Source of the DNA: Macrostomum lignano
Taxonomy: Eukaryota
Direction of reading: 5' to 3'
DNA: 64,000 nucleotides
Assembly: GCA_002269645.1 (NCBI GenBank)
Contig: NIVC01000206.1
Span: 496,001-560,000 of the forward strand
Shown: positions 47,701 through 58,135 of the stretch, in pieces
How the letters are laid out: the number at the start of each line of letters is the position of its first letter
Numbering within the stretch: position 1 is the first letter of the stretch
Translations under genes and position numbers: made by a program
The notes under the pieces: generated by a model
The model's database searches: none
The model's input: only the letters and a program-made list of their open reading frames with translations
What the model was told of the DNA's origin: nothing

Positions 47701-50700
47701 CGGCCTGCACCGGCACTTCATCGTGAACCTATCCGGCCTCCAGTACACCATGGATTTAATACAGCGCTGCCTTCGCCGAGACGAAGCCTATCTAAGCATG
47801 GTACTGCCCGCCTGTATCTCCATACTCCGCCGCCTGGCCCTGTTGAATCGCGAAGTTCGCCGACTCCTAGCCGAGGACTACACAGTCTACTCTTGCGCCG
47901 TACGCTGCGCTCTGCATCTGAACTATGACTCATCCTGCAAGCTCGAGGTCAGCCAGTTGCTAGCCCTACTGCTATACGACGAGATGACGCCGCCGGTGCC
48001 CAAAACTGTCAATGATTTCTCTTTACCAGCCGGATTGGTTCGACGCTTGAAACTGCCGTTTCGCTGTACAACCTACGATTTAGCTAATCCCCACGCTGCT
48101 CAAGCTGATAGCTGTGGTGTAGATTCTCTAGCTGGTCAGCGATCGCTTCGGTTGCTATGGAATCTGGCTTGGCAGGCTGGCGGTAGCCGGACCAGACTGC
48201 TAGCTCTGGCCGATAAGCAGCCAGACGTACTAGAAGACTATTCTGAACGAATGCGGCTTAGCGAATTAGATTGGCACCTGTTGAGAGCCGGATGCGCCAG
48301 TTGGTTGGCAGCTGAAGCTATTCAAGATTTATCTGGCGCTAAAGATCATGCGGTTGCTGGATGGGCAGTGGATCGACTGACTGTCTGCCGACTGATGACC
48401 GAGTACCAGCATGAAGACGCTGATAGTCCACAGGCGGTGTACGAAGACGAATGGGACAGCTTTGATGAAGATGGTGAGTTTGCTCTATTCTGTTCTAACT
48501 CTGCTCTAACTCTTAATCCGCTGCATTGTTACCCACCGACCCGTAATCCCCCCCCCCTAATCCGCTGCACTGCTCCTGCTCATAATCCTGATCTAAATCG
48601 CCATTATAATAAATCTTCTAAACTGCTTTTCCCAATCCAGGCAACAACAATAAAAAGCAGTCGAAAAGCAGAGCCAGCGGCCAACGCTCATCCGGCAACC
48701 TAGAAAAAGAAGCAGAAGAAGAGATCGAAGAGCAACCCAGCTCAGCCAGCCGTGTCGATGGCAGCAATAGCGATGCCACCTCAGACGATAATCCTACCTG
48801 GATTGATGCAGCCGACAGGTTCGTTCGAGTTCGTCCAGCTTCCAGCGCTGACTACCGCCTGCTGTGCCGCCTACTCGATTTGCTACTCACCGATTTGGCT
48901 TCTCAGAACAATAATAGTAGTGGTCGGATACGGCTGTTAAATTGGCTATTGAGTCGATTGGCTCCACCGGACGGGGTCCTGCTCTATATTGTTGCTATGG
49001 GCGACGCGTTAGTTTGCGATACGGACAGCGAACGATTGGCCGATGCTAAACGACGCGCCTGGAGATCTTCTGTAGCTCTGGCCGGTGCTGTGGCCGACTG
49101 TCTGCTACTTGATCATGCAGTCGGCACTGAGCAATTGGATTTGGATGCCGCGGCTACGTTTGTATCCACTGTGGCATTCTATCTGGTTAGGAGATTACTA
49201 GCTGGCAAGCATTTGCGTCAGTTGGCTCAACTACACGACTGTCTATCGGCTCTGTTGCGACTTACATCGACAAGTGCTGCTGCTGCTGATGCTGGACAAC
49301 TGCAGTCTGTTTCATCTGGCTGGAACTGGGCCACCGCCTGTCCTTTGCAGGCTGAGGAGCCGCTTAGATTGGCCTGTCTAGAAGCTGTTGGTCAGGTTAG
49401 TTTTCGCCGTTGCCGTCATTCTTATCTACCTTAATTTGCCTCTCCAGTATCGTATTCTAGACCTCTTTGATGTTGCCGTCATTCTTATCTACCTTAATTG
49501 GCTCTAAAGTATCGTATTCTCGATCTCTTTGAAGTTACCGCCATTCTTAATATTCTTATCTACTTTAATTGGCTCTCCAGTATCGTATTCTCGATCTCTT
49601 TGAAGTTACCGCCATTCTTAATATTTTTATCTACTTTAATTGGCTCTCCAGTATCGTATTCTCGATCTCTTTGAAGTTACCGCCATTCTTAATATTTTTA
49701 TCTACTTTAATTGGCTCTCCAGTATCGTATTCTCGATCTCTTTGAAGTTACCGCCATTCTTAATATTTTTATCTACTTTAATTGGCTCTCCAGTATCGTA
49801 TTCTCGATCTCTTTGAAGTTACCGCCATTCTTATTTACCTTAATTGCCTCTCCAGTATCATTTTCTCGATCTCTTTGACGTTGCCGACATTCTTAGCTAC
49901 CTTAATTGCCTCTCCAGTATCATTTTCTCGATCTCTTTGACGTTGCCGGCATTCTTAGCTACCTTAATTGCCTCTCCAGTATCGTATTCTTGATCTCTTT
50001 GATGTTGCCGAAATTCTTATCTATTTTCATTGCTCTTCATTACCTGTCCCTCTACTATTCCAGGTGATGGACTCGTTATTACGCGACAGAGTCGACGTTC
50101 GCGACTCTTTTATGGGCCACGGCAGCCTGCTGTGCCTACTAGGCCTATTGCGCAATCTAGCCGCCGATTGTCAAGGCCAAGCTCAAGGTCAAACACTGCC
50201 GCCTCTAAACGCTTGGAAAATTCCGCTCAACTGGGCCTGCCTACTAGTGGCCGGCCGTCACCAGCTGTTAACAGCCGCCGCTTTAGATTTCCTAGCCTGT
50301 CTGTGCCGCATTTCCGACTCAGCCGCTGCGGCCGTGCATTCCGCCCTGGAATCGGCCGGCGTTAGCGCCGACGGCGCCTGGGGCCTCGGCCTGGCACTGC
50401 TGCGGCCCGGCGCCATTGCCGGCTGCAGTCCGCTAGTTCGTGCCCAAGCCTGCGACCTGCTGGCCTCGTTGATTGCCGCTTCAGCTGCCGCCGCTGGAAG
50501 CGGAACGGACGTCCAGAAGCGACTGGCGTCAGAGAGCAGTCAGCTGGTGTCTTCTTTGGCTCGGCAGTTGTTAGCCTACTGGCCCGAGCCGGAGCTGCCG
50601 CCTAGCGCCGTTGTCCTTCACTCCGGCGCCGGGGTCAGGCGGCAGGCACCGCCGGGCGTCTGTACGCCTCGATTGCTGGCTGGGATTTGTCGACTATTAC

Positions 50701-53700
50701 AAAATCTGTGCTGCCTAATGCCGAACAGATTGCCAGCGGAACTGGCCGAGCTGAAGGTGTGTGTTTCGGCATTTTTAGGTATCTATTAAGACGACGAATC
50801 ATTTGACATAACTATAAGTTCACGACCCAGTTTTGAAGCTGCTTTATCCATCATTTACTCATATCCTCTTCTTTAACCCATTCAGCCCGTCTTTGACCCA
50901 TTTAACCCATATATGACCCATTCAGCCCGTCTTTGACCCATTCAACTCATCTATGACCCACTCAGCCCGTCTTTGACCCATCCAGCCCATCTTTGACCCA
51001 TTCAACTAATCTATGACCCACTCAGCCCGTCTTTGACCCATTCAACTAATCTATGACCCACTCAGCCCGTCTTTGACCCATTCAACCCATCTATGCCCCA
51101 TTCAACCCATCTATGCCCCATTCAACTCATCTATGACCCATTCAACCCATCTATGACCCATTCAACCCATCTATGACCCATTCAACCCATCTATGCCCCA
51201 TTCAACTCATCTATGCCCCATTCAACCCATCTATGACCCATTCAACCCATCTATGACCTATTCAACCCATCTATGCCCCATTCAACCCATCTATGACCCA
51301 TTCAACCCATCTATGACCCATTCAACCCATCTATGACCCATTCAACCCATCTATGCCCCATTCAACCCATCTATGCCCCATTCAACCCATCTATGACCCA
51401 TTCAACCCATCTATGACCCATTCAACCCATCTATGCCCCATTCAACCCATCTATGACCCATTCAACCCATCTGTGCCCCATTCAACCCATCTATGACCCA
51501 TTCAACTCATCTATGACTCATTCAACCCATCTATGACTCATTCAACCCATCTATGACCCATTCAACTCATCTATGACTCATTCAACCCATCTATGACTCA
51601 TTCAACCCATCTATGACCCATTCAACTCATCTATGACTCATTCAACCCATCTATCACTCATTCAACCCATCTTTGACCCATTCAACCCGCATTTGACCCA
51701 GTTGAATTTCCTTGACTTGCGGCCCATCTGGACCTAATCAACTTATGAAACCCATTTGAACAAATCCTAAAGCAAACGAAATGTTCAATTTCCACTCCTA
51801 TTCCCCAGGTGACATCGCTACTAATCGGCCTGCTGGACCCGGGCCTACTGGAGCAGTGCGCTCGGTCTGGTCAGCTGCCCGACCGTCTGGCTCAGCCAAC
51901 CTGCTCTGTGCTTCGCCTTCTTCGCCTATTGGCCTGCGACGATTTGCGATTGCGCGCGCGACTGTTGCACGACGACCGACTGCTTGGCCGGCTGGTACGG
52001 CTGCTCAAATTGCGCTGGAGCTGGGGCGCCGGCTCAAGTGGACAGTCGGGGAAGTCGTCGCCGCGGCCTCCACAACCTGCAATGCTGCGACTGTGGACTG
52101 AGGCTTGTCAAACTTTGACTCTGCTTACATATGGGCGAGAGTTGGGTAAGGGGTTGTCACCTATCTATTGAAGCCATGTGGGCTTCACTTGATTCAAATT
52201 GATTTATTGTTACTTGTGGGTCAGTATGGGTCAAGGCCCAATGTGGGTCTGGGTTCGTTCAATGTCAGTATTGTGTACGTACATCTAGTAGTAAACCAGT
52301 GCTTCTCTATTTTTGGTTGGTACAGGTCGCGTTGACCCGGGCGCAGTGAATCACGTTGCCGCTGCGTTGGCCAATCGATTGCCAGCCTGTTTGTCGGCGC
52401 TGTCTCGCCTGTTGGATTATGACGACTGCGTTGGTGCTGTTGCTGGCAGTGGCTGTCAGAGCGAGGGCTCCAGATCTGCTCTGCTGCTCTGCCATGCTGT
52501 TTTGCATTCGCCAGATTTAAAACCGCTGCTGGACAAGCCTAGAGGTGGCGGCGGCGGAGAGTGCGAGGGTGGAGAAGATGCGGAAAGCTTGGAAAAGGTT
52601 GGTTAATATTTTATTAAGTTGTAGCTTCCGATGTACCGGAGTAGTTTTCAAGGTACCTGAGTGGTTTCAGTGTATCTGAGTAGGTTTCAGTGTATCTGAG
52701 TAGGTTTCAGTGTATCTGAGTAGGTTTCAGTGTATCTGAGTAGGTTTCAGTGTATCTGAGTAGGTTTCAGTGTATCTGAGTAAGTTTCAGTGTATCTGAG
52801 TAGGTTTCAGTGTATCTGAGTAGGTTTCAATGTATCTGAGTAGGTTTCAGTGTATCTGAGTAGGTTTCAGTGTACGTGTACTTAAGCAGGTTAAAATGCA
52901 TTTGGGTAGGTTGATATGCATGAGTGAGCCGTGTCAAATTTTAGTTAGTTGTAATAACATCTTTTCCACAGGCCGGCTCCACTTTCGCCACCCTGGGCGC
53001 TCGCTTCGCCCACCGCCTGATGCGCCGCTACGACACCCTGTGGACTCTGCCAACGTCAGTCGCGAATTCTCCAAACGCTGCCATCGCTGGCATCGCCGAA
53101 GACCGCGCCACCCTGACCGCCGCGCTAAAGATGCTTCTATTAGCCTCGCGATCAGCTAAAACTGCCGCATTAAACGCCGGCTTTGTTGAAGCCCTATTAG
53201 AAACCTTTCGTCGGCCCAGTTTGACTTCGAGCGAAGCTCGGCAAACTGCCGAATTGTTGCAACACCTGATGCACTCGATGCCCGAAGCTAAGCTGGCCGC
53301 CGCGTCTGGTTGCTGCCTAGCCGATCGGGTGCAACGTCTGTGGCCAACTGCGCTGACGCAACCGGCTCTGATGCTGGCCATCCTTCGCCTGCTAGCCGTG
53401 TTCACCTCGCCGCCTCCGTCCAGATGCGCCGGCCTGTCTGCGGGTCTGATCCAAGCTCTACTGCGATTGGCTGGCCAGGATAACCAGCTGTGGCGCGAGG
53501 CTGATCTGGTTGGTTGCGACGATTGAAGTCTTGATCTTTAATGTTCTCACCCAGCTAATGTACATTCACTCTGACCAAGCTTAAACCCCCAATGTACATG
53601 CACCCTGACCAAGCTCAAACCCACTCCATGTCTAAGATCCCACCCATCCCAATGTACACTCGCTCTTATCAGCCTCCTATCCCACCCACCCAATTTACAC

Positions 53701-54327
53701 TCGCTCTTATCAGCCTCCTATCCCACCCACCCAATTTACACTCGCTCTTATCAGCCTCCTATCCCACCCACCCAATGTACACTCGCTCTTATCAGCCTCT
53801 TATCCCACCCACCCAATGTACACTCGCTCTTATCAGCTTCCTATCCCACCCACCCCAATGTACACTCGCTCTTATCAGCCTCCTATCCCACCCACCCCAA
53901 TGTACACTCGCTCTTATCAACCGAGTAGTTCACTTGACTTTCACACTGCAGATCCGTCGCGCCTGCTTCTCCGTTCTGTCCAACGCTGCCCTGACCAGCC
54001 CCGAGCTCCGATCCAGCCTGGTTAAAAGCCGCTTCGTTGAACGATTCAATGCCTTACCGTCTGGCGAGCAGCAGCTGTCGAAATCTGGCAAATCAGCTGC
54101 GGCTGATTGGCTGAGACTGCTGGGCAATTTGAGCATCTCGCCCGATGGCCAGGTGGCTCTGTTAAGCCAGCCCTCGTGTCTGCAGAAATTGTGCGATTTG
54201 GCTACTACCAACGATCTGCGTAGACAGGTTTGAAATGCTCTGTTCTGTTTTTAACCTATGTAGCGGTTTTTACAGAACCCATAGATGAATGGACACTGAG
54301 ACACAGACTACAGACAGACAGACAGAC

Positions 54328-54370
<43 letters not shown>

Positions 54371-54409
54371 GGCAGACAGATAGACAGACAGATAGACAGA
54401 CAGACAGGC

Positions 54410-54457
<48 letters not shown>

Positions 54458-54942
54458 TGCCCGCCTGCCCACCGCAGTGCCGAGCCCTGCTGTGTCTCCG
54501 CAACCTGTCCTGCCACCCGGGCCTGCGCATGCGCATCCTGGCCTGTCAGCAGCGCCTAACGGACTGCCTGCAGTCGGCCATGCAGCCCTGCCAGCGATTG
54601 CTCCGTAGCCAGCAGATGCCCAGGCCGAGACGGTCGCAGCAGCAGCGGCAGAAGCAGAACGAGCTGGCACGGGAGGCTCGAGTCCTGGCCCTGACTGCGT
54701 CCCTGCTGCGGGCGCTGCTGCATGGCAACCAGAGGGCTAAGGCGCAGCTGCGTTCGATCAGCGGCTTGGCTGACACGTTGGCTGGCCTATACGAAACTCT
54801 GCTATCGTCTTTGACAGCAGCCGAGCAGCAGCAGCAGCAACAGCAACAACAGAAATTGCTTCTACTAGAAGATCTCTCGCCAGAAGAAGCCGGTTTCCTG
54901 TTGCGAGATTTAAAACTAGTATTGACCGCTCTGCAACCTTAG
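41767..54942 (+). CDS. RTTN: Rotatin (centriole/cilium protein), 12 exons visible, about 2066 codons; N-terminal RTTN_N exon(s) not located
   Basis: Phase-consistent GT-AG exons: 41767-42148, 42690-43808, 44449-44604, 45647-46057, 47678-48473, 48641-49395, 50064-50756, 51809-52145, 52326-52597, 52972-53508, 53952-54227, 54478-54942. [14 protein letters not shown]...[10 protein letters not shown] matches human RTTN FPWLPLTTADRHVL...[18 protein letters not shown] matches LRKSAAEQ. C-terminal ALLCLRNL...[14 protein letters not shown] matches ALLIFHNV...WALIYNYQKAKTAL. Confidence 0.9.
42175..42650. repeat. Intronic minisatellite, 22-bp unit CGGACAGTTTCAGAATAGAACT
   Basis: Visible array in an RTTN intron. 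Confidence 0.95.
43822..44370. repeat. Intronic minisatellite, 46-bp unit AGCTTCTCAAGTTCAAAGCTTCATCATAAGCTCGATTCTAATACAC
   Basis: About 12 copies beginning 14 nt after the donor. Confidence 0.95.
44690..45420. repeat. Intronic purine-rich minisatellite, 20-bp unit AGACAGATAGAGTGGGAGAT
   Basis: Visible array. Confidence 0.97.
46160..47590. repeat. Intronic pyrimidine-rich minisatellite (CTCTCAG-ATCC/CTCC-CTCTCCCC units, about 19-21 bp)
   Basis: Visible array; it explains the S/P/L-rich ORFs. Confidence 0.97.
49405..50025. repeat. Intronic minisatellite, 62-71-bp units
   Basis: Repeated CTCTCCAGTATCGTATTCTCGATCTCTTTGAAGTTACCGCCATTCTTA. Confidence 0.93.
50870..51700. repeat. Intronic minisatellite, 20-bp unit TTCAACCCATCTATGACCCA
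   Basis: Visible array. Confidence 0.97.
52655..52875. repeat. Intronic minisatellite, 20-bp unit CTGAGTAGGTTTCAGTGTAT
   Basis: About 11 copies. Confidence 0.95.
53640..53920. repeat. Intronic minisatellite, 41-42-bp unit AATGTACACTCGCTCTTATCAGCCTCCTATCCCACCCACCC
   Basis: About 7 copies. Confidence 0.93.
54300..54457. repeat. (CAGA)n microsatellite in the last RTTN intron
   Basis: Directly visible. Confidence 0.98.
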
Positions 54943-55609
54943 CAAGTCAAACAAAGGGATAATTAAAGCCAATTAGGCGAGGAACGGCGAGTGCTAATTA
55001 GATGACGAGGCATTTCATTATTATACTCCCGCTGTTTACCCGCTCGGATATCTGATAGGATTTTGCAAAAAAAAACAAAATGTTTTGTTTTACCGTTTCC
55101 CTGGCGCTGGAACGCATTTTTATCTACTCTAAATTTCATGCTACTGTTGTTAGTAGTAATCCCGTCCAATTATTTATTATTGTTTAAAATTGATTTATGT
55201 GCCATTTTTACTTTAGGAATTTGTAAGGCTAATTGTTTGTGTTTTACTCTTTTGTGGACCAACAGTTTATTTCATGCTCATTTTTCAACATAGCTTTAGA
55301 TGCGTGCAAATTTTCAAATTTTTATATTAAACTAGTTCCCTACCCCTGTTTCTGTGGCTGTTGGACCGTTCCAAATTCGGTAGGATGCAAAATTCTCATT
55401 CGAAATCTGCGCTTCGTTGCAGTTTCTTTTTGCATTCGTTCCATTTTCTAATGCTTTCTGTATTTTGCTTGTGCGAGCTATGAAATATAATTGTGCACTG
55501 ATTGCGTTGACCGCCAAGCTCGCTTTAAGGTTGTCTTCTTGTCCCTTCTGTCAGATGGTCTCCGATATTTAATTAGCTTTGACTTAGTTAAGTCCTTTTG
55601 GATCTGCCT

Positions 55610-55730
55610 CAGTCTGTCTGTGTGTCTGTCTGTCTGTCTGTCTGTCTGTGTCTGTCTGTGTCTGTCTGTCTGTCTGTGTCTGTCTGTCTATCTATTTATC
55701 TATCTATATATCTGTCTGTCTGTCTGTCTG

Positions 55731-55773
<43 letters not shown>

Positions 55774-55826
55774 GTCTGTCTGTCTGTCTGTGTCTGTCTG
55801 TCTGTCTGTCTGTCTGTGTCTGTCTG

Positions 55827-55891
<65 letters not shown>

Positions 55892-55916
55892 GTCTATCTG
55901 TCTGTCTGTCTGTCTG

Positions 55917-55977
<61 letters not shown>

Positions 55978-56092
55978 GTCTGTCTGTCTGTCTGTCTGTC
56001 TGTGTCTGTCTGTCTATCTATTTATCTATCTATCTATCTATCTGTCTGTCTGTCTGTCTAACTGTCTGCCTGCCTGTCTATTTGTCTATCTG
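55610..56092. repeat. Compound (TGTC)n/(TATC)n microsatellite between RTTN and COMMD3
   Basis: Directly visible. Confidence 0.98.
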
Positions 56093-56273
56093 TTTCTCGG
56101 TTTTAATTTGTGCCTTTTAGGCTTCTCTATTTTAGTGTCTGTCTAATTGGCTATCTGTCTTACAGTAGAGTCTCAAGCGTCTATCCATCTGCCTCAGTAC
56201 TTGTACATTCGTCTCGCTCTCATTGTTGCATGCCCGAACCGATCCGGAACCCGAGCCAGATTAAAGAACAACT

Positions 56274-56894
56274 ATGGAGCTGCCACAACAATTCGCCACC
56301 GTATTTCGCTGTTGCGTAGAGCAACTGCCCGCCGACCGATTCCGTGGCCTGTGCGAGGCCGCCTGTCTAATGTTGCACTATTCCAGTGATAGAGATTGGT
56401 TTAAAAAGTCTGACAATAACAAAGCCGCCCCAGCTGCTCCATCGGATCCTTTAGACAAAGAAATCTGTTCAGTGCTCTGCGCCCTACTAGCTGAAGCATT
56501 GAGTCGCGGTGTGAGCTTGAAAGTATTGCTAGCCTGCGCGGAGGAGCGCGGCTTGATTGGCGAACACCTGTCAGTGCTGACTGATTGTGTCAGCTCGGCC
56601 TGGCCTAGTCTCGAGCGTCGAGCTCTGCTAGCTCCCCTGGCAACTGGGCAAGAGGCGTCACTGGGTCACATTGTTGACACCCAATGGCGATTAGTGTACG
56701 AAACCGGTGCCGCCAATTCTGGTCGGTCAGATGAACCAGTTCATTATCAGCTTGGCCTGGCGACTGTCGGGCAGCCAATTGGAGTTCGATTTGTGTGTAC
56801 GAAGCATCAGCTGATGGATTTGCTCAGTCAGACTAGAGAAGCTCTGCGTGCTGTTGAGTCCGTAGCGTCCGGCGATGCTAAATCCACTCGTTAA
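56274..56894 (+). CDS. COMMD3: COMM domain-containing protein 3, intronless CDS (206 aa)
   Basis: SLGHIVDTQWRLVYE...PVHYQLGL...VRFVCTKHQLMDLLSQTREALRAVE matches human COMMD3 SLPHITDVSWRLEYQ...PAYLVTL...ISFSCSMEQLQDLVGKLKDASKSLE; both start MEL. Confidence 0.82.
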   Translation: MELPQQFATVFRCCVEQLPADRFRGLCEAACLMLHYSSDRDWFKKSDNNKAAPAAPSDPLDKEICSVLCALLAEALSRGVSLKVLLACAEERGLIGEHLSVLTDCVSSAWPSLERRALLAPLATGQEASLGHIVDTQWRLVYETGAANSGRSDEPVHYQLGLATVGQPIGVRFVCTKHQLMDLLSQTREALRAVESVASGDAKSTR

Positions 56895-57036
56895 TGAGGG
56901 AAATGACTATTTATACCATTTATTTATTCTTATTTAAGAATTCTTCACTGCCATCTTTTTACTTTTGTCTATGGTAAAAACACCGTCTGTGGCACAGCTT
57001 TGCCTGTACGTGAAAACACATCTGGTTATAATTAAT

Positions 57037-57289
57037 TACACCCGCCCTAATGGCCAGATAGGCAACCGACAGCTGAGCGTCGCATCTGAAGGCTGCGTAC
57101 GGGGGTCGCCACACACACCCTCAATTACCCCAGCTAATGCTGGCACCCATCTTACAGCTGGGTGAGCTGAAGCAATGCAGAGTTATGTTTCCTGCTCAAG
57201 GACACAGATTGTTCCGAGCGGTATCAGGAATCGAACCCCCGACCTTCAAGTCGTAAATCGAACGCTCTAACCACTAGGCTACTACACCC
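57037..57289 (-). mobile_element. tRNA-derived CORE-type SINE, copy 2, inside a small TGTCTATGG...CCATAGACA foldback (56966-57333)
   Basis: Minus strand reads A box TAGCCTAGTGG, B box GGTTCGATTCC, then TGTGTCCTTGAGCAGG...CTTCAGCTCACCCAGCTGTAAGATGGGTGCCAGCATTAGCTGGGG, homologous to 14580-14820. Confidence 0.85.
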
Positions 57290-58135
57290 TCAACGCTTAA
57301 CGCGCTCCCCTTGCACGGTTTTGGCCATAGACAATAGCCGAAGCTAATTAAATGCTCGACGAGAATGAAAAATGTTGAAATAGAATTTGACAGTCATTCA
57401 TTTTTTTTATATATTTAAGCGATAGTTCAAATTTTATAATTGATTACTTTTGCATAATATTAATAAATCACTATTTTTAGTATTATCAAATATTATTCTA
57501 GTATTGTTAATTCCACTTATGGTTACACACATTTGGTGCTGAAAATTTTTTTTAAATTGAGTAAAATAAAGTGCGATTTTGAATATAGAGTGCAATATTG
57601 ATCATTATATTTTATATTACGAATAAAGTCTGTTTTATTGTTATTAATTTGATTGCGGTTGACAGTTGAACAGGGGTAGGGAAAGTACGCACAAATGTAC
57701 ACTGCGCAGCTTAGTGTACATTCATCCCTTTTACCCCTCAGAGTTTATATCAATCTAAGATAAGAGATAACAAAAGTATTTTTATACTCGTCACGTGAAT
57801 TCTCGGCGCTGAAGACGGCGACAGTAAGCGATAGAAGCACGAGAATTGACTGCCAAAATTTTACAGGTTTAGGTGAGGGTTCAGGAATTAGGGTTTAGGA
57901 ATTAGGCTTTAGAAATAGGGGTTAGAAAAAATGATTTTAAAAGTAGGGCTTAGGTTATGTTCGTAATTCAATTTGTATGTGATAAAGGACTTGGAAAAAT
58001 GTCAGAAATTTCATTTAAGATTCAAAGTTTATATGTAATTACCAAAACCACATTGCATTCGGTAGATCCGGTAGAATTAACAAGCTATCTTATCTCTTTC
58101 AGATCCTTGAGATTAAATAATTTAAGAGACAGCAA

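Noticed and set aside
55491-56146. Cys/Leu/Ser/Val ORFs upstream of COMMD3
   Set aside because: (TGTC)n microsatellite read in three frames.
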